This document shows, in pieces, positions 49,976 to 63,530 of a stretch of 64,000 nt of DNA. The notes under the pieces are model-generated. The model saw only the letters and a list, made by a program, of their open reading frames with translations. It did not search any database and had not been told where the DNA came from. The DNA is taken from assembly GCF_018350175.1 (NCBI RefSeq), contig NC_058368.1, forward strand, positions 222,024,001 to 222,088,000. Reading direction: 5' to 3'. Source of the DNA: Felis catus (taxonomy: Eukaryota). A program made the translations under genes and the position numbers. Within the stretch, counting starts at the first letter, position 1, and the number at the start of each line of letters is the position of its first letter.

Positions 49976-52317
49976 AAAAAAAAAGTGGTGTTATTTTCAC
50001 CACCTGTAACAAATGATATTTGTTAACTATGGTCTGTTACAATGGTCTGTGTATTTATTCACGTATAGGTGGGGCAAATATTGACTTGGTACTTATCAAA
50101 TACTATTCTGAGTACTAGAAATGTCCAAGAAAAGAAAGTACCAGCTCTCATGGAATATTTATTCCAAATTGTAAGAAAAAATTAGAAGCAGGTTTGTAGT
50201 AGCAGATTTTTAGTAATAGGTTTGTACAGGAGAAAAGAAAATCTTAATAAATATTAAAAATGTAAACAAAATGCCTTTAGCCAAATTTGGGGTAAACACA
50301 AGTCCACATGTATTTAGTTTTTAGGTTTTCTTTGTTTTGAAATTAAAACAAACATACATTTTATTGGAGAGATTAACAAAAAGTATAGTTTCTTATGTTC
50401 GGAAGCTTCCCTCTTTCCCTTCTTATCCCAGAACACAAGGCCTTGGTTACTTTATAGTCTGTTGAAAATGTGATTTAAATATCAGCTACCTTACAACATC
50501 TATGCATGCTGTATACCCGTAAGATGTCACCTTACAGCATCCATACAGATAAATCTTGATACAGAAGGTTCAGGAAATGTCCACAGAAACCCTCTCGAAA
50601 GAATGGCAGCATTTTTCTTTTATGACCTCTTGTCTTTTGGGCCCAGTAATATCCATGCTCTTTGATATTTGCTTATCTAACACTCCCTCAGACTATACCA
50701 CCTGTCCCCCATGTGTTCAGTACATTTCCCTTACATTTTCCTCTGTAGTTGGATTTCTGTCACTTAACCATCAAATGAGATATGACATTCCTAGTGACAT
50801 CAGATTACTACACTTAAAACTCTGTTCACACCTAATGTCAAGGCATTCATTCTTTCACACATTTCTTTAGTGCCTCTTTTATATAAGATCCCTAAGGTCA
50901 AGATTTGTATTGCTTATTGCCTAATTTTTACCACCAAGAGCAAAATTTGGCATATAGCAAAGAATCAATAAGTTCAGATTTATCAGATGATTGCATTTCA
51001 TGGAACATGCATTATTTAATGATGCAAAAATGACCAATATAGATAAGATCCTCTGCCTTTAGTGAACTAAAGTTGACTAGGGAAAGATTTCTGCCCTCTG
51101 ATCGCATTCTTTCTTTCCACTCCCCCTGTTGCTGATTTTTTTTTTTCCTATGATGAGAAGACGGTAGTTTTGCCTCCCCACTACACCACTTGCTTACGTC
51201 AGAGAGAGACTTTAAGATTTGTCTTGGCAATTTTTCTACAATGAGGAATGTATCGCATTGAAAGGAAAAAGAGAAATGAAGGTATTTAGCAAAAATTTGT
51301 TTACTTTTATTATTTTAAAAATGCATATAAGTTAATGGAAACTTGAGAGAAATAGATGAAACAGAGTGGAAGAATCTACACAATGTTTGTTTAATGTCAC
51401 CAAGGAAATTAAGTGAGTGAGACTCTGGGGTGAACCACATGAATTAGAAGGGTCACCTGAGTATAAGCAGAATTTGATTGAACTTTGGTTACTTTGATGA
51501 TGTTTGCCTCAGTTTTTGGTTAAGATGCAATATGAAAAATTGCAAGTTAGGTGAAAGAAATATTCTATGGAGACAGAAATAAATTTATTTGGGATTAATA
51601 CTCTACCTAGAAGAATATTGGGAATGGTTTGAGAGGGGTTGATGCGTGATGGAAATAATTAAGTAAAGATGATAGAAGATAGATGTCATTAGATAGATGA
51701 TAGGTAGATAAATAATAGAAAAATAGAAAGATATGTAAGGAGGAAGGGAGAAAATTGTTTTTGGATAAAAAATGTAACTCTTCTTATTGGTCGAATCAAA
51801 AATTGTGCCAACTGATCATGTCTCTGCATAGCTACTTTGCTTCTTCTGTAAGTGATCTCCATCACCTGGACAGAACTTTGGACTCAACAGTGACATTCAC
51901 TCTTCTATTTTATTTATGTGAAGAGGCTGCTGTTTGTGAGAGGAATGACTGCCCAAGGAGGAAAACAGACGTGGAGGTACGAGTGAGCAATTTGCCTTTA
52001 TCATGTTCAGGCACTTATTGTCGAGCATTTTGAAAGTTATGACATCTTAAATAAAAATATTATTGCCACAACTAGGTATTCATGACAGTGTCTGATGTGC
52101 TATGAATTTTTAAAACTCCAACAGCAGGCAGGCAACATAGCCTCCTATTGACAGGTTTTTGAAACAACCAAGCTTAAGCACAAAACAAGATGTGTTGAAT
52201 GTATAATTATCATTATACACTGCCAATATTGTCTATGTGTAAAATGAAATATATTGACGCTTCTGGACTTCTATTATCTTAGGTCTGGTATTGCTTATAT
52301 GTAAGAGTAATTCTTTA

Positions 52318-52552
52318 AAAGTTTTTATTTAAATTCTAGTGAGTTAACACCATGTAATATTAGTTTCAGGCGAACTATAGTGACTCAACACTTCCATATA
52401 ATGCCACTCAAAAAACATTAAAAAAAATGAGCTTGTTTCTTGGTTTGTCTTTCCCCCTTTCCTTCCCCCTGCCTCTTTGCTCATTTGTTGTTTCTTAAAT
52501 TCCACATATGAGTGAAATCATATGGTATTTGTCTTTCTCTTATTTACTTATA
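52318..52552 (-). mobile_element. Carnivore L1 3' UTR fragment
   Basis: TTTTATTTAAATTCTAGTGAGTTAAC ... AAATTCCACATATGAGTGAAATCATATGGTATTTGTCTTTCTC; homologous to 39060-39360. Confidence 0.88.
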
Positions 52553-53094
52553 TGCTAAGTTCATAGCATATATAATTCAAAAATATCTAAAACTCAAAGT
52601 GACTAAACACTTCATTTTTTAAGTTTTATAAATATTTGATTTAGTTAATACATAAACATTTTTAAGATAAGTCTGAATTCCAGCTACCATATAAAGTGCC
52701 AAGATTTAAAAAAAAGAATGACAAATTACCGATTATAAGCATCATCATGAAACTTACCTTTGAGGTGTATATACTCTATTTGAATTACATCATGAAGGAG
52801 AGATTAATCATTATAATTAACTCAAGGAAAAGTATACAGAATGGAGCAGCAGGCAGTTCCTTAACAGAATATTATTCAAAAACTGCAAGATGCATTATCT
52901 CTTATAATCAAACCATATTTGTGAATAGGGTTTAAACGTGGAAAACTGAGTGATACAAATGAGTTGAAGTAGAAAATTCCTATTTTTAAATAAATCTTAC
53001 AGAACTATTTAACGCTTAAAATTAGCCATGTAGAACTATCAAATAAATTTGATAAGAAGTAACTAACATAAAATATTGAAAAAAAGTAAATTAC

Positions 53095-53316
53095 GGGCGC
53101 CTGGGTGGCGCAGTCGGTTAGGCGTCCGACTTCAGCCAGGTCACGATCTTGCGGTCCGCGAGTTCGAGCCCCGCGTCGGGCTCTGGGCTGATGGCTCAGA
53201 GCCTGGAGCCTGCTTCCGATTCTGTGTTTCCCTCTCTCTCTGCCCCTCCCCCATTCATGCTGTGTCTCTCTGTGTCTCAAAAATAAATAAACGTTAAAAA
53301 AAAAATTTTAAAAAAA
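53095..53316 (+). mobile_element. Young SINEC_Fc-type element
   Basis: TSD AAAAAAGTAAATTA; intact A and B boxes and CpGs. Confidence 0.97.
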
Positions 53317-53505
53317 GAAAAAAGTAAATTAAAAAAATATGTGTGATCAGTGGAGAGCCAGAAGTAAATCTCGAGTTGTATTAATATTTGGGTTAGCTAT
53401 ATAAATGTATATATATCTATATCTATAGATATAGATATAGATATATAAGATTACATATAAAATATAAAATTAATATATAGTTTCATATATTACATAAAAT
53501 TATTA

Positions 53506-53669
53506 TAAGTTTATTTCTATGTATTTTGAGAGGGAAATAGAGAGCAAGCAGGGCAGAGAGAGGAGGAGACACAATCCCTATGGGAGCTCAAACTTTCCAA
53601 ACACGAGATCATGACCTGAACCAAAGTCAAGAGTTGGTATCTTAACCAAATGAGCCCCCCAGGCACCTC
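53506..53669 (-). mobile_element. CanSINE, decayed
   Basis: GAGATCATGACCTGAACCAAAGTCAAGAG...CCCAGGCACC. Confidence 0.85.
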
Positions 53670-55681
53670 AGAAGAAAAGTATACATAAAACCACTGAATT
53701 ATCCTAAAATTCCAATGAAATTTTTAAACTTCAAATTTTACTCCACTAAAATTATATCACAAAATAATGTCACAAGAAAAAGTTTAAGATAAATACATAT
53801 CTATTTATCAACATTTAAATATATATTTTAAAATATTTAATTGATTTTATATTGATATTATTTTAAAGTAAATAAACTTCATGATTTTTTAAAGTGGCAC
53901 ATTTTCTAAAAATACAGAAAAACTATGTAAAATGATGTATAGGTTATTTTACAACCAATATAGAACAATGTATTTTTATTTATAATACAAAAAATATCTT
54001 CTGCAAATAAATTTCTCACTAATATCTTTTTTTGGTCAAAAGAGTATCTCCCTTAAAACTATCCTTCTCAGATACTTCTCTTATTTAAAAATGTCCTTGG
54101 AATTACTAACAATTGTAGGTGCATTTTAATATGAGAAACATTATCTTCACAGTGAAGGCCAACAGGCTTACACCTACTGATATCTGACAACTATTACAGG
54201 AATCGTGACGGGCAAACTGTTGCATAAAAATTATGTATCTTGCTACAAACAAAATAACTTATATAGTTTAGAGGCAGTCAAATAAACAGAGCATATAATT
54301 ACCAAAGCCAAACACATTTTATAAGACATTTTTCTTTGATACTTTCATTTTGTCTCTGAGGAGACATCTTGTCACAAGTAAATGATAAATACAAATATTT
54401 CATTACAAGCAGTGTCAGGATTAACTTTTGGCCACAGAGAGTACGGGTGGAAGTCAGAATAGCATGACGTATTACAGTACATGTAGTTTACCTCTAATGA
54501 ATGAGCCCCCAACTTTAATCCATCTCAAATTCTAGCAAATTCTGTTAAGTTCTAATGATTAGGTATACAACCTTGTGTCCTGTGTAGCTAGGGTCAGCAT
54601 GGCTGTATTAAAGCCTTATTTAAATTCAAAGATATCGTAGGAAATACAATTTAGAAAAACTATGATCTGTACAGCATAAACTTACACATAAAGCAATAGA
54701 ACAAAACATTGAGGGTTGATGTACTCCTGTTTTCTACCTGCAAAGCCCTTTAAAAACTATAAAAAGGCCGCAGACTTGGGTCTCTGGCTACCAAGGATTG
54801 GTGGCTTCTTTAATCCACAGGGCTGCTGAAACCACTGAAAGATGAAAAGGCCTTGAATAGGAAATGTCACTGAACACACTCAGGTCTATAATTTATTTTG
54901 TATATGTCTTTTGTCCAGCCTAAAAGCCGATGTGGCTTAAAAACCAACACACAAACAACCTTAACATTTTTTGAGTTCTCATTCTCTCCTAACTTTAAAC
55001 CTGAACATATGTTTGTGATGTGGCCAAACTCAGGATTCCAGCAAGTCACTCTACCGCCGTGGTCTCCACACTGATTCTGCTTTCTTGCGTCTCCCTTCTC
55101 ACTCTCAAACCATACGTATAGAAAAGACCCATCCGTAAAACTGTGACATTGGCAAATAAGGTTGCAAACTGTTGTAGTGAGAAAATACTTTGGGAGTGGC
55201 ACTAACCTCTACCACCATTGACGTCACCCTTTGTTAAACATTTCTTTATGTCTTCCGTAAAACTTAGGAAATATCTTTTTTACTTCTTAGGTTGCATGCC
55301 AGACGGGGCCTGCTTTAGAACACGGAGGTCAAGAAAATCACAGCCCTGTATCCTACTGGCATCAGCAGGTAAAATCAGTAAGGATGACTATCTTTTACTC
55401 TGTGCACGTGTGGTGTTGGGGTTCCAAGTTATGAAAGGTTATACAACACTTGGACAGACCCCTATCAACTTGAGTGTTTCTTACGAGCATTTTGAAAGAA
55501 TTTTTTTCTTGAATTGTAAATTTGTCCTGACATTTTCCCTCCTACTGTGTCTACTGAAGTGAACCTCAACTATATAAATAGTTCTTCATGATAGGGCCAC
55601 CTTGTCTACATTCAGCTATAAGACAAACTAAAGAAGAGGTTGGTCAATCTAACATGTAAAGTGGTCTCTTCTTGTTCCCTA

Positions 55682-55888
55682 TTTTTTTAAAAAAGTTTTT
55701 AACATTTACTTTTGAGAGACAGACCACGAGCAGGGGAGGGGCAGAGAAAGACGGAGACACAATCCGAAGCAGGCTCCAGGCTCTGAGCCATCAGCCCAGA
55801 GCCCGACTCAGGGCTCGAACTCACGAACTGCGAGATCATGACCTGAGCCAAAGTCAGATGCTTAACCAACTGAGCCACCCAGGCCTCC
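55682..55888 (-). mobile_element. CanSINE
   Basis: TSD CTTCTTGTTCCCT. Confidence 0.95.
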
Positions 55889-56419
55889 TACTTCTTGTTC
55901 CCTTTTAATAACTATATTAACTACGGTTTTTGAAAAGCTATTACTAAATTTTCCAATAGCCTGTAAATCTATGTCTGCAAAATCAGTAGGTTCATACATG
56001 TCATACGTGTTGTAACAGCTTATCGAATAAAAGATGTCTAGGCAGTAATGAATACCATAAATAGGCTTTTCTATTTCAAAAGTTCTCCAGCAGAGATAAT
56101 ACACTGCTGTTAGGATTGTGTGCTGCTTTGCAAATCAAATTAACCAAAACATTGGGTATCACAAAAGCTGCAATTAAAGTGATGTGTATTTGTGAAATGT
56201 AATCACCAAAAAAATACATAATGGAAAAAAAAACCCAAAAAAAAGGGGTTGCCATCATCATGCTGTGTTAACAGCCACTATTCATTTGTACATACCACAC
56301 TCATAACAGATTTTGCATTCATGTGAATAGTAGTCCTGCCAAAGTGGAGATTTTTTTTTCTCTTTAACATAGAAAAACTTTGTAAATCAGCAGTCATTTG
56401 CTAATATGTGAGCCTTTAC

Positions 56420-56748
56420 GTTGTCACCAGGTACCCCAGAAAATATATTTTTCACTAACTTCAGCGCATGGCTTCTGTCATGAAGATAACCTCACAGTTC
56501 TAGCCTTCACATCTGCATTCTAAACCAGCTGCAAAATGTGTAGAAAGATTTAAAAAAGCATATCTCCCTGCTGACTCAACTGAATTTAATGAGTCATTTC
56601 CGAAGTCACACACAAATTGTCTCAACACATTTGCATCTAGACCCAGGGAAACATAGGAAATGTAGCATTGTGCCCAGTTAAAATTGGAATTCTGTTACTA
56701 AGAATGGGTACACGAACATTGCAAAGTCCATAGCAATCTCTGATGACA
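56420..56748 (-). mobile_element. MaLR LTR fragment (MLT1J/K-like)
   Basis: TTCACATCTGCATTC ... GGAAATGTAG ... AAAATTGGAATTCTGTTACTAAGAA. Confidence 0.55.
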
Positions 56749-56978
56749 TATATAATAATGACTTTGAATTAATTCTTCAAACAATGATACACACCTTTGA
56801 AATGTTAACAGGTAGAAATAGTAAGTTTAAAACATTTCAGCGAAAGAATAAGGTATAATTTGTTGGTAGATGTTTTGTGTGTCAAAGAGGCAAAAAGTGA
56901 CTGACTCCACTATTAGTGATCAAATCTATAAAACAAATGATATCACATGACTTTAAAAATTCCATTTCGGGAGTATAA

Positions 56979-57182
56979 TTTTTCGTGTTCACTTTTTGAG
57001 AGACAGAGAAACAGAACATGAGTGGAGGAGAGGCAGAAAGAGAGGGAGACACAGAATCGGAAACAGGCTCCAGGCTCAGAGTTGTCAGCACAGAGCCCAG
57101 CACGGGGCTCAAAACCACAAACTGCAAGACCCTGAACTGAACCGAGTCAGAGGCTTAACTGACTGAGCCACCCAGGAGTCCC
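56979..57182 (-). mobile_element. CanSINE
   Basis: Full-length pattern. Confidence 0.92.
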
Positions 57183-58914
57183 AGGGGAGTTTACTTTCTT
57201 TAGGGTTCTAAGATTAGAGATAGGGAACTTATATTTTGATTCACCCATATCCTCACAATACTCAGATAGTGTAAGTAGCGTCAGCAAAAAGCAAACTCGT
57301 CAATGAATAAAAATTTAAAAAGTGAAGCAAAGAAGTATTATCATAAGAACATAGGGATAGGATAATACACTTGATATATGTGCGTTTATTGTGTTTGTTA
57401 GTTTGATAACACACGTAGAAATTTATTGCTCCATCCAATGTTGGAATGAATACAATTGCAGAAGCAATGATAAAACAGATACAAATCCAAATGTCAGCTC
57501 TATCACTTATTGTTTGAGAAAGTGTGCAAGGATGGTCCTATAGGGGTGTTCCTATGCATCACCTGAGATAAGCTTTCCTAAGAGGTTTGCATGACTACAG
57601 CAACAGGACAGGAGCCAAGAGCCTGCTCTTTGATTCAGCAGCATTGTGTGGCGTGCGACGCACAGTATTTGCTCTCTGCAAGAAGATCAAGGGAATGATT
57701 GAAAAACGGGGGCTCAGACTTTCCTTCCAGAAAACTCACCAATCTTATAATACCATCCTCCACGAAGTGAATAAGTGAGTAGTAGGGAGACTCTGTAAGG
57801 CTTATTCTTAGAAAAGCCTCCTGGGGAGAAAAGAGGACTTTTGCAAACCATTTTGTATGGTTCACTCTTGAACTCTTGAACTGTCAGCTGTACGTAGGCA
57901 CTGATAGTAAATAAAAATGTTCAAAATTATCTCTAGAACTCTAGGTGATTGAGGTATTTCACTACACTTGCTGCATGACTTCAGACCCCTTCTACTTGGA
58001 CTCTGCCCATACTTTCTGGGTTAAGAAAGAAACAGAGTACTATGTTTACTTTAAGAAAGAAAGTACCCGTATTATGCAGGATCAAGTAACACCACTAAAA
58101 CTCATGTTTATGAAAAAACACAGATAATTACATTTTATTATGTATGTTCTAAAGAGAAAAGTAATTGTGTTCTGCAATGTAATTTTATAACGTACCATTC
58201 TAAATACTTTCGTTTAAACAAGATCATTATGAAAATGTTTTGCACACAGAAATATTTTTGAATACGTTTCTAAAATGATCACAAAGTATATGGGCTTTGA
58301 ATGCGTTGAATTATTTTAATACTTTTACACTATAACTGGAATTCTTAAAGAGAATATGCATTTGCATAAAGCTGGTAATCTTTTTTCATTTCTTTTTGTG
58401 CTTCAGCTGTTGTAATATCCACTGATAATGGTAATTATATGTGTTTATTATCCGTGATTATCTCTAGATATATATGCATTTTCTTTAATTAGACTATAAA
58501 GTCTAAATGGAAAAGCAAAATGAAGTTACCTCTTGTCTCAGTGTTGGGTATTAAATTCTCCTCCTTGTATCCAGAGTTCCCCAACTGCCCGTTGCACAAT
58601 TTTACTTGGGGAGTAGAGAGTGGAAAATCAATAGAGTAAATTATGTTACAGGAAGGAGGTGCACAGAATACAGCTTCTCATTACCTTCCCTCCCACCCCT
58701 ACATGCTACTTACTCATAAACACCAGCACTCACAAGAACAATCAGTTTTCAAGTGCATAATATATTGTGATGAAAAGCTGTGTGAAACATTAAATAAACA
58801 TAAAAATCAGAACAACTATCACTATTTTTCATTTCCATCAGAGGAGAAAAATCCTTCAGACATTTAATGATTTCAGAAGAATTTTCTATCATTAAACCAT
58901 AATTTTGATAGAAG

Positions 58915-59075
58915 AGTTAAAATTATATATATATATAAAACATTAAAATATTTTAAATTATACATATATTAAAATGTTTTACATTATATATTTATCATAT
59001 ATTATATTTATAGCTGTATTAATATATATTTATTTTATATGCATTTTATATTTTATATATATTTATATATATATA
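58915..59075. repeat. AT-rich low-complexity (TA)n-derived tract
   Basis: Directly visible. Confidence 0.85.
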
Positions 59076-59130
59076 AAACACAGGGCCAGATGTGAACATG
59101 TATTCCCTCTACTCAGGCTAAAAGGTTGTC

Positions 59131-59311
59131 TTCAACTAAGCAGGAGACTTTGGCTCAGGTCATGATCTCGTGTTTGTGAATTTGAGCCCAACAGCTTGCT
59201 GTTGTCAGTGAGGTACCCACTTCAGATCCTCTGTCCCTCTCTCTCTGCCCCTCTCCTGCTTGTCCTCTCTCAAAAATAAATATTTAAAAAATATTAGAAT
59301 TAAATAAATAA
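59131..59311 (+). mobile_element. CanSINE, 5'-truncated
   Basis: GACTTTGGCTCAGGTCATGATCTC ... CTCTCAAAAATAAA. Confidence 0.88.
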
Positions 59312-62300
59312 GAGCCATCCATTCAACAGATAATGTTTAAATGGCTGCTCTGTACCAGGAGTTCTAGATACAGGGAATGTACTGGTGAACAAGAATGGGC
59401 TGAATTAAAGACTAGCCAGTGCTTGAGGGAAGGTGATTAATGACAAATACCACCTCCAGTTCTATTTACATGACCAATATGGTTCTACCTCCTTTCAATA
59501 CAAGTCTTTCTGTCATTAACCAGATCCACTACACCAAGCAAGCAGCTTTTGATATATGTCTATTCCTCTTCCATTGCAATATAGTTTTAAATGGCTCCAC
59601 GATGATACAATAAATCACTATGGGATATTGATAATAAGTCAATATGAATAAGTTATTTTATCCTATCTTATTTCTAAGGTAATAAGTAGAACTATTAATC
59701 TGACATAAGTAAAAAGGGATAGCAAATGTAAAAATATATTTTAGTTCATGGAAATATCCAAATGCTATAATAAGCGCGTTCTTCAAATGCCTAAGTGATG
59801 GGCTGCCTGCGTCCCTGAGAGTTCTCGACCATTCTACATGGTTCCAGATATATTCCTCAGAATTTCTTCATGTATGAGATCCAGTAAAACCTACAATGAT
59901 TTCAGTAAACACATACACAAAAACACAACAGGGAAATGAGTTGCTCCGATGAAGAAGCATAGTGTACGTGCAATTTGTATATTTGCTAAATATTGGAAGA
60001 CAATTTAACAATAGCTTATACTGTCCTACTTTTCATGTTTCCCCATTGTTTTCCTTTCTTCAGAAATCTACCTAAACAACCGATGAATGTGTGTGTTATT
60101 TTCATATATTAAAAAAAATATTTTCCAGAAACAAAATTTACATGGCCACCTCTGCATTTAATACACCATAAAGTATGTGGTGCCGACGCTGAGAGAGAAT
60201 CTGGTATTTGACAATTTTTTTTAAGGAGCACCCATCTGTAGAGGCAGGACCGGGAAAGGAAGAATAGGAACCCTGGGTTTCTCTGGAAACGACCTGTCAG
60301 AATTCTCCCACTTGAGGCAACATTGTCAGGTTCTTGTTCTTCCTTCTCCATTAGTGTCTGGATGCCACGTGTTCCAGGACGTCCTACACTGGGTCAGATA
60401 ACTCTTACACTTGAGACAATCCTTAGAACTGACAGCTTTCTGAGGCTTTCCTGTGACATTGCTCCCGGCAGGCTCGGCAAAAATCTTTGCTTGAAGAGGA
60501 ATGTGCCCATCACAGTGTTTGCCTTTTCGCTTGTGTAAAAACTAAATTGTTCGTTTCTTAATTTTCTGTTCGTTCGTTTGTTTTTTCCTTCTTCCTCCCA
60601 AGTCCTCGATATCAAGGTGTCACAAACTGAGGCATGCAAAAAAAGAAACACTTTTATTTAGGCAATTTCATAAATTCCTTCAAATGCAAATTTGTGCTAA
60701 AATATTCCTTTGATACTAACAATTTTTAGAGTTTGTGAACCAGATCCGTCATGTAATGCATATCATAAGTTTATGGCTAAATTCTGAAGGATTATTGCAT
60801 AATCCAATATTCAGGTTGATGTATACCTTTAAATAGAGAACATTATTTGATATGGAAATGCGCTTTGTGAAAGGAGAACGGGTACGTTTTTAAAGTTGCT
60901 CTGAACGACACAAGGTGAACGATTTACTGGCCGTCCGCCGCCTTCAAACGGCTACCAGTGAATGTCATTACATGTGGCATCTTTCAGATAGCGTGGGCTC
61001 TTTCAAGGAAGTGCTTCTCATGATAAAAATTCAACTCAAGGACCATGAAGAGGAAAGCGTGATGTCTATCCTAATAGCCCCAAACACGTACCTCAAAGGT
61101 TCAACTCATTCATAAATCTTAGTATTTCAATAATGTGATTTGCACCCATACATTTTAGTCCCAAGAGACAGCACTTCACTCATACAGAAAATGACTTATC
61201 TAATCATGCTGGATTTCAAACCCATGCTGTCCTGTTTGAACCACTGGCAGGATTTGGGAATTAGAAGTGGAGAAGAGGTTTCAAAAAGGAACCAATGTTC
61301 TTGGCTTCCTTGATTTTATGCCCAGCAGCAGAGACTTTCTTAAGGGCTGAGGCAAAGGCGTCATGCTAAGCCCAGAACTGCTGGACGGAGGAATACGATG
61401 TGTTAGAGCTTTTTTCCTGTGCCGATTCTGACTTATCCTGAATCAAAGTATTATCCTGTCGTTATCACAGAGACTTAACATCGGTAATGCCTACCTCTTG
61501 ATAATATTGATTTTCTTCTGTTATTAAATAATACAAAGGGAAGAGAATTTGGATGTTAAGGGGCAAGAACACCCAGAGATAAATAAAATTTAACTTCAGA
61601 CAATTATAATACAGTTAACTTACATGATGCTTTAGGGATTACACTTTAAATGTACTTAGAAAAATTCATCACCAGCATTTTCAACTATCGTTAAATAGTC
61701 AGCTAAAGTACTGTTGTGAACGATTGCATTTTGTTGAGTTTTTATATTGTTCACAAGTGTTTTAGACAGTGACAAGAATTTCTTTTAAAATAAATTTAAT
61801 TGTTCAATGACCAAAGCATACATATTGATCAAAGAAAATTAGAAAATAAATAGCGTATGTAATTAAATAACCTACCCTGATCACAATTATTAACACTTTA
61901 TACATATATTTGCCCTATTCGTTCTATGCATGCGAGTACGTGATCAATTATATAACATGAAGGATTCATTTTGCACGTAAACTCACTGTTTTTTTCCCTT
62001 AAAAGTAAATGCAATGAACACATTTTCAAATAACTTTGTTTAACTAGAAGAAGAATATCTGGACAAAACCCACAAATTTAAATTTTTCTTGTTATTTAAT
62101 TCAGAAGAGATTTCCAAAACCGGTGTATTTCTAAATTTCACTTTTACAGCATAATATGAGTACATCTTTTTCCTGAAAAAATGGCTAGATATTAATTCTA
62201 TTTTTATTTTTTAATTTACAGTATATTTATGGATGGATATCTCATACGTTACACTAATTTTGGACAGTAATAAGATCGAGTCCCCTTGTTATTAATACTG

Positions 62301-62334
62301 TGCATTTTGCCCTCTGTGGTTCGGCATGTTGAAC

Positions 62335-62600
62335 ACTTCAATGGTTAAAGTAAACATTTTTGGAGCCAGATTAGCTGTTTCAAATCCCAATTCTATCTGT
62401 AACTTGTTTTGTGATATTGGCAAATTTCATAATCCTTTAGTGCTTCAGTTTGTAGAAGAATGAGTAGGAAGTTACTGCAATAATCCAGGAAAATTAGAAT
62501 ATTTGTATCAGAGTCAAGAAGTTTATTAGAAGTATTAAATGAGTGACTGCATGTAAAACAATCGAGAAAGTGCCTTAGAGAATATGGGTACTTACATTGT
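62335..62600 (+). mobile_element. MIR SINE
   Basis: ATGGTTAAAG...TGGAGCCAGA...TTCAAATCCCAATTCT ... ATTAAATGAGTGACTGCATGTAAAAC. Confidence 0.75.
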
Positions 62601-62604
62601 TTTA

Positions 62605-62835
62605 ATACTTTAAAATTTCTATGTATAAATCTTTGATTCATCTGGAATTAATTTATTATATGATATGAGATGAATTTTATATTTTTTCTCCCAAAACAAT
62701 TCTTCAAGACAACTTTTTAAACAACCAATTATTTCACCGTGGTTTATAGCATGTATTGTTGATAGATTAACTTCTCTTTACATATTCTGGACTATATGTT
62801 CTACCTAATCCATTGTTCAGTATTCATCACAGTGT
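62605..62835 (-). mobile_element. Ancient L1 ORF2 fragment
   Basis: TCTTTGATTCATCTGGAATTAATTTTATTATATGATATGAGAT resembles antisense ORF2. Confidence 0.55.
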
Positions 62836-62849
62836 TCCCTGGGCAGCAT

Positions 62850-63345
62850 TTAACAACTGACTGCAAACTTGAAAAAACCCTTCTGCACATCTGTGGGACC
62901 ATATTCTCTGGATCAGTCCCACCTCAAGTCAATTCTTTTTTTACCCTCTAAACTTTGAATTCCATGAGTATCCCAAAACTGGGTCTTGGATTTTCCTTCG
63001 ACCATAGATGTGTTCCCATTTTTTATTGTTTATTCACATGACATTATACATCATGTTGATGCTGACAAATCCCAAAATTATTTCTGTGGCCTGGACCTGT
63101 CCTGTGAGTTGCAATGTGCTATAACTGCCTGATTGACAACAGGGTCTTGTAGGCATATCAGAGTCACCAGGTCCAAAACAGATACTTTGTCCCTATCTGT
63201 ACTATAACCAACTTGTTCCTTTCCTTCCCTCCACTTCTCGGTAGCATGATGAGCATACCACAACGTCACTATTTTTCCAGTTTTGAAATCTGGGAGTCAT
63301 TCGTCAACTCTCTTTTTTCCCTCTGTCCACACATGTATACAATTA
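62850..63345 (+). mobile_element. L2 LINE fragment
   Basis: GATGCTGACAAATCCCAAAATTATTTCTG..GGACCTGTCCTGTGAGTTGCA and AAATCTGGGAGTCATTC. Confidence 0.7.
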
Positions 63346-63361
63346 GTTCATTCTAAATCAA

Positions 63362-63530
63362 AAGCAGTGTGATTACAGTGGGAAGCAAATACTTTGAGTC
63401 AAGCAAAACTGATATAATTTCTGGCTCTTTTGTTTACTGACTATATCATACTCTAAATTACTTAATCTTTCTGTCTCTAAGTCTTTTTATCTGTAAATAT
63501 ATTGCTTAACTTGCGATTTGACTGCAGGAT
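63362..63530 (+). mobile_element. MIR SINE fragment
   Basis: CAGTGTGATTACAGTGGGAAG...CTTTGAGTCA ... TTACTTAATCTTTCTGTCTCTAAGTCTTTTTATCTGTAAA. Confidence 0.7.

Noticed and set aside
53095..53180. tRNA gene
   Set aside because: A and B boxes belong to the tRNA-derived SINE head, followed by SINE body, tail and TSD
54867..55562. Divergent 111-aa and 114-aa ORFs around the CRE
   Set aside because: Non-ATG starts, no recognisable domains, composition typical of non-coding DNA
4218..57127. Recurrent peptides such as SAQVMISQ...SGSVLTAQSLEPASDSVSP and RLQALSHQPRA
   Set aside because: Reading frames through CanSINE copies, not a gene family
60109..61115. ORFs in the CpG-retaining block as coding exons
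   Set aside because: Short, overlapping on both strands, no recognisable protein or consistent splice pattern
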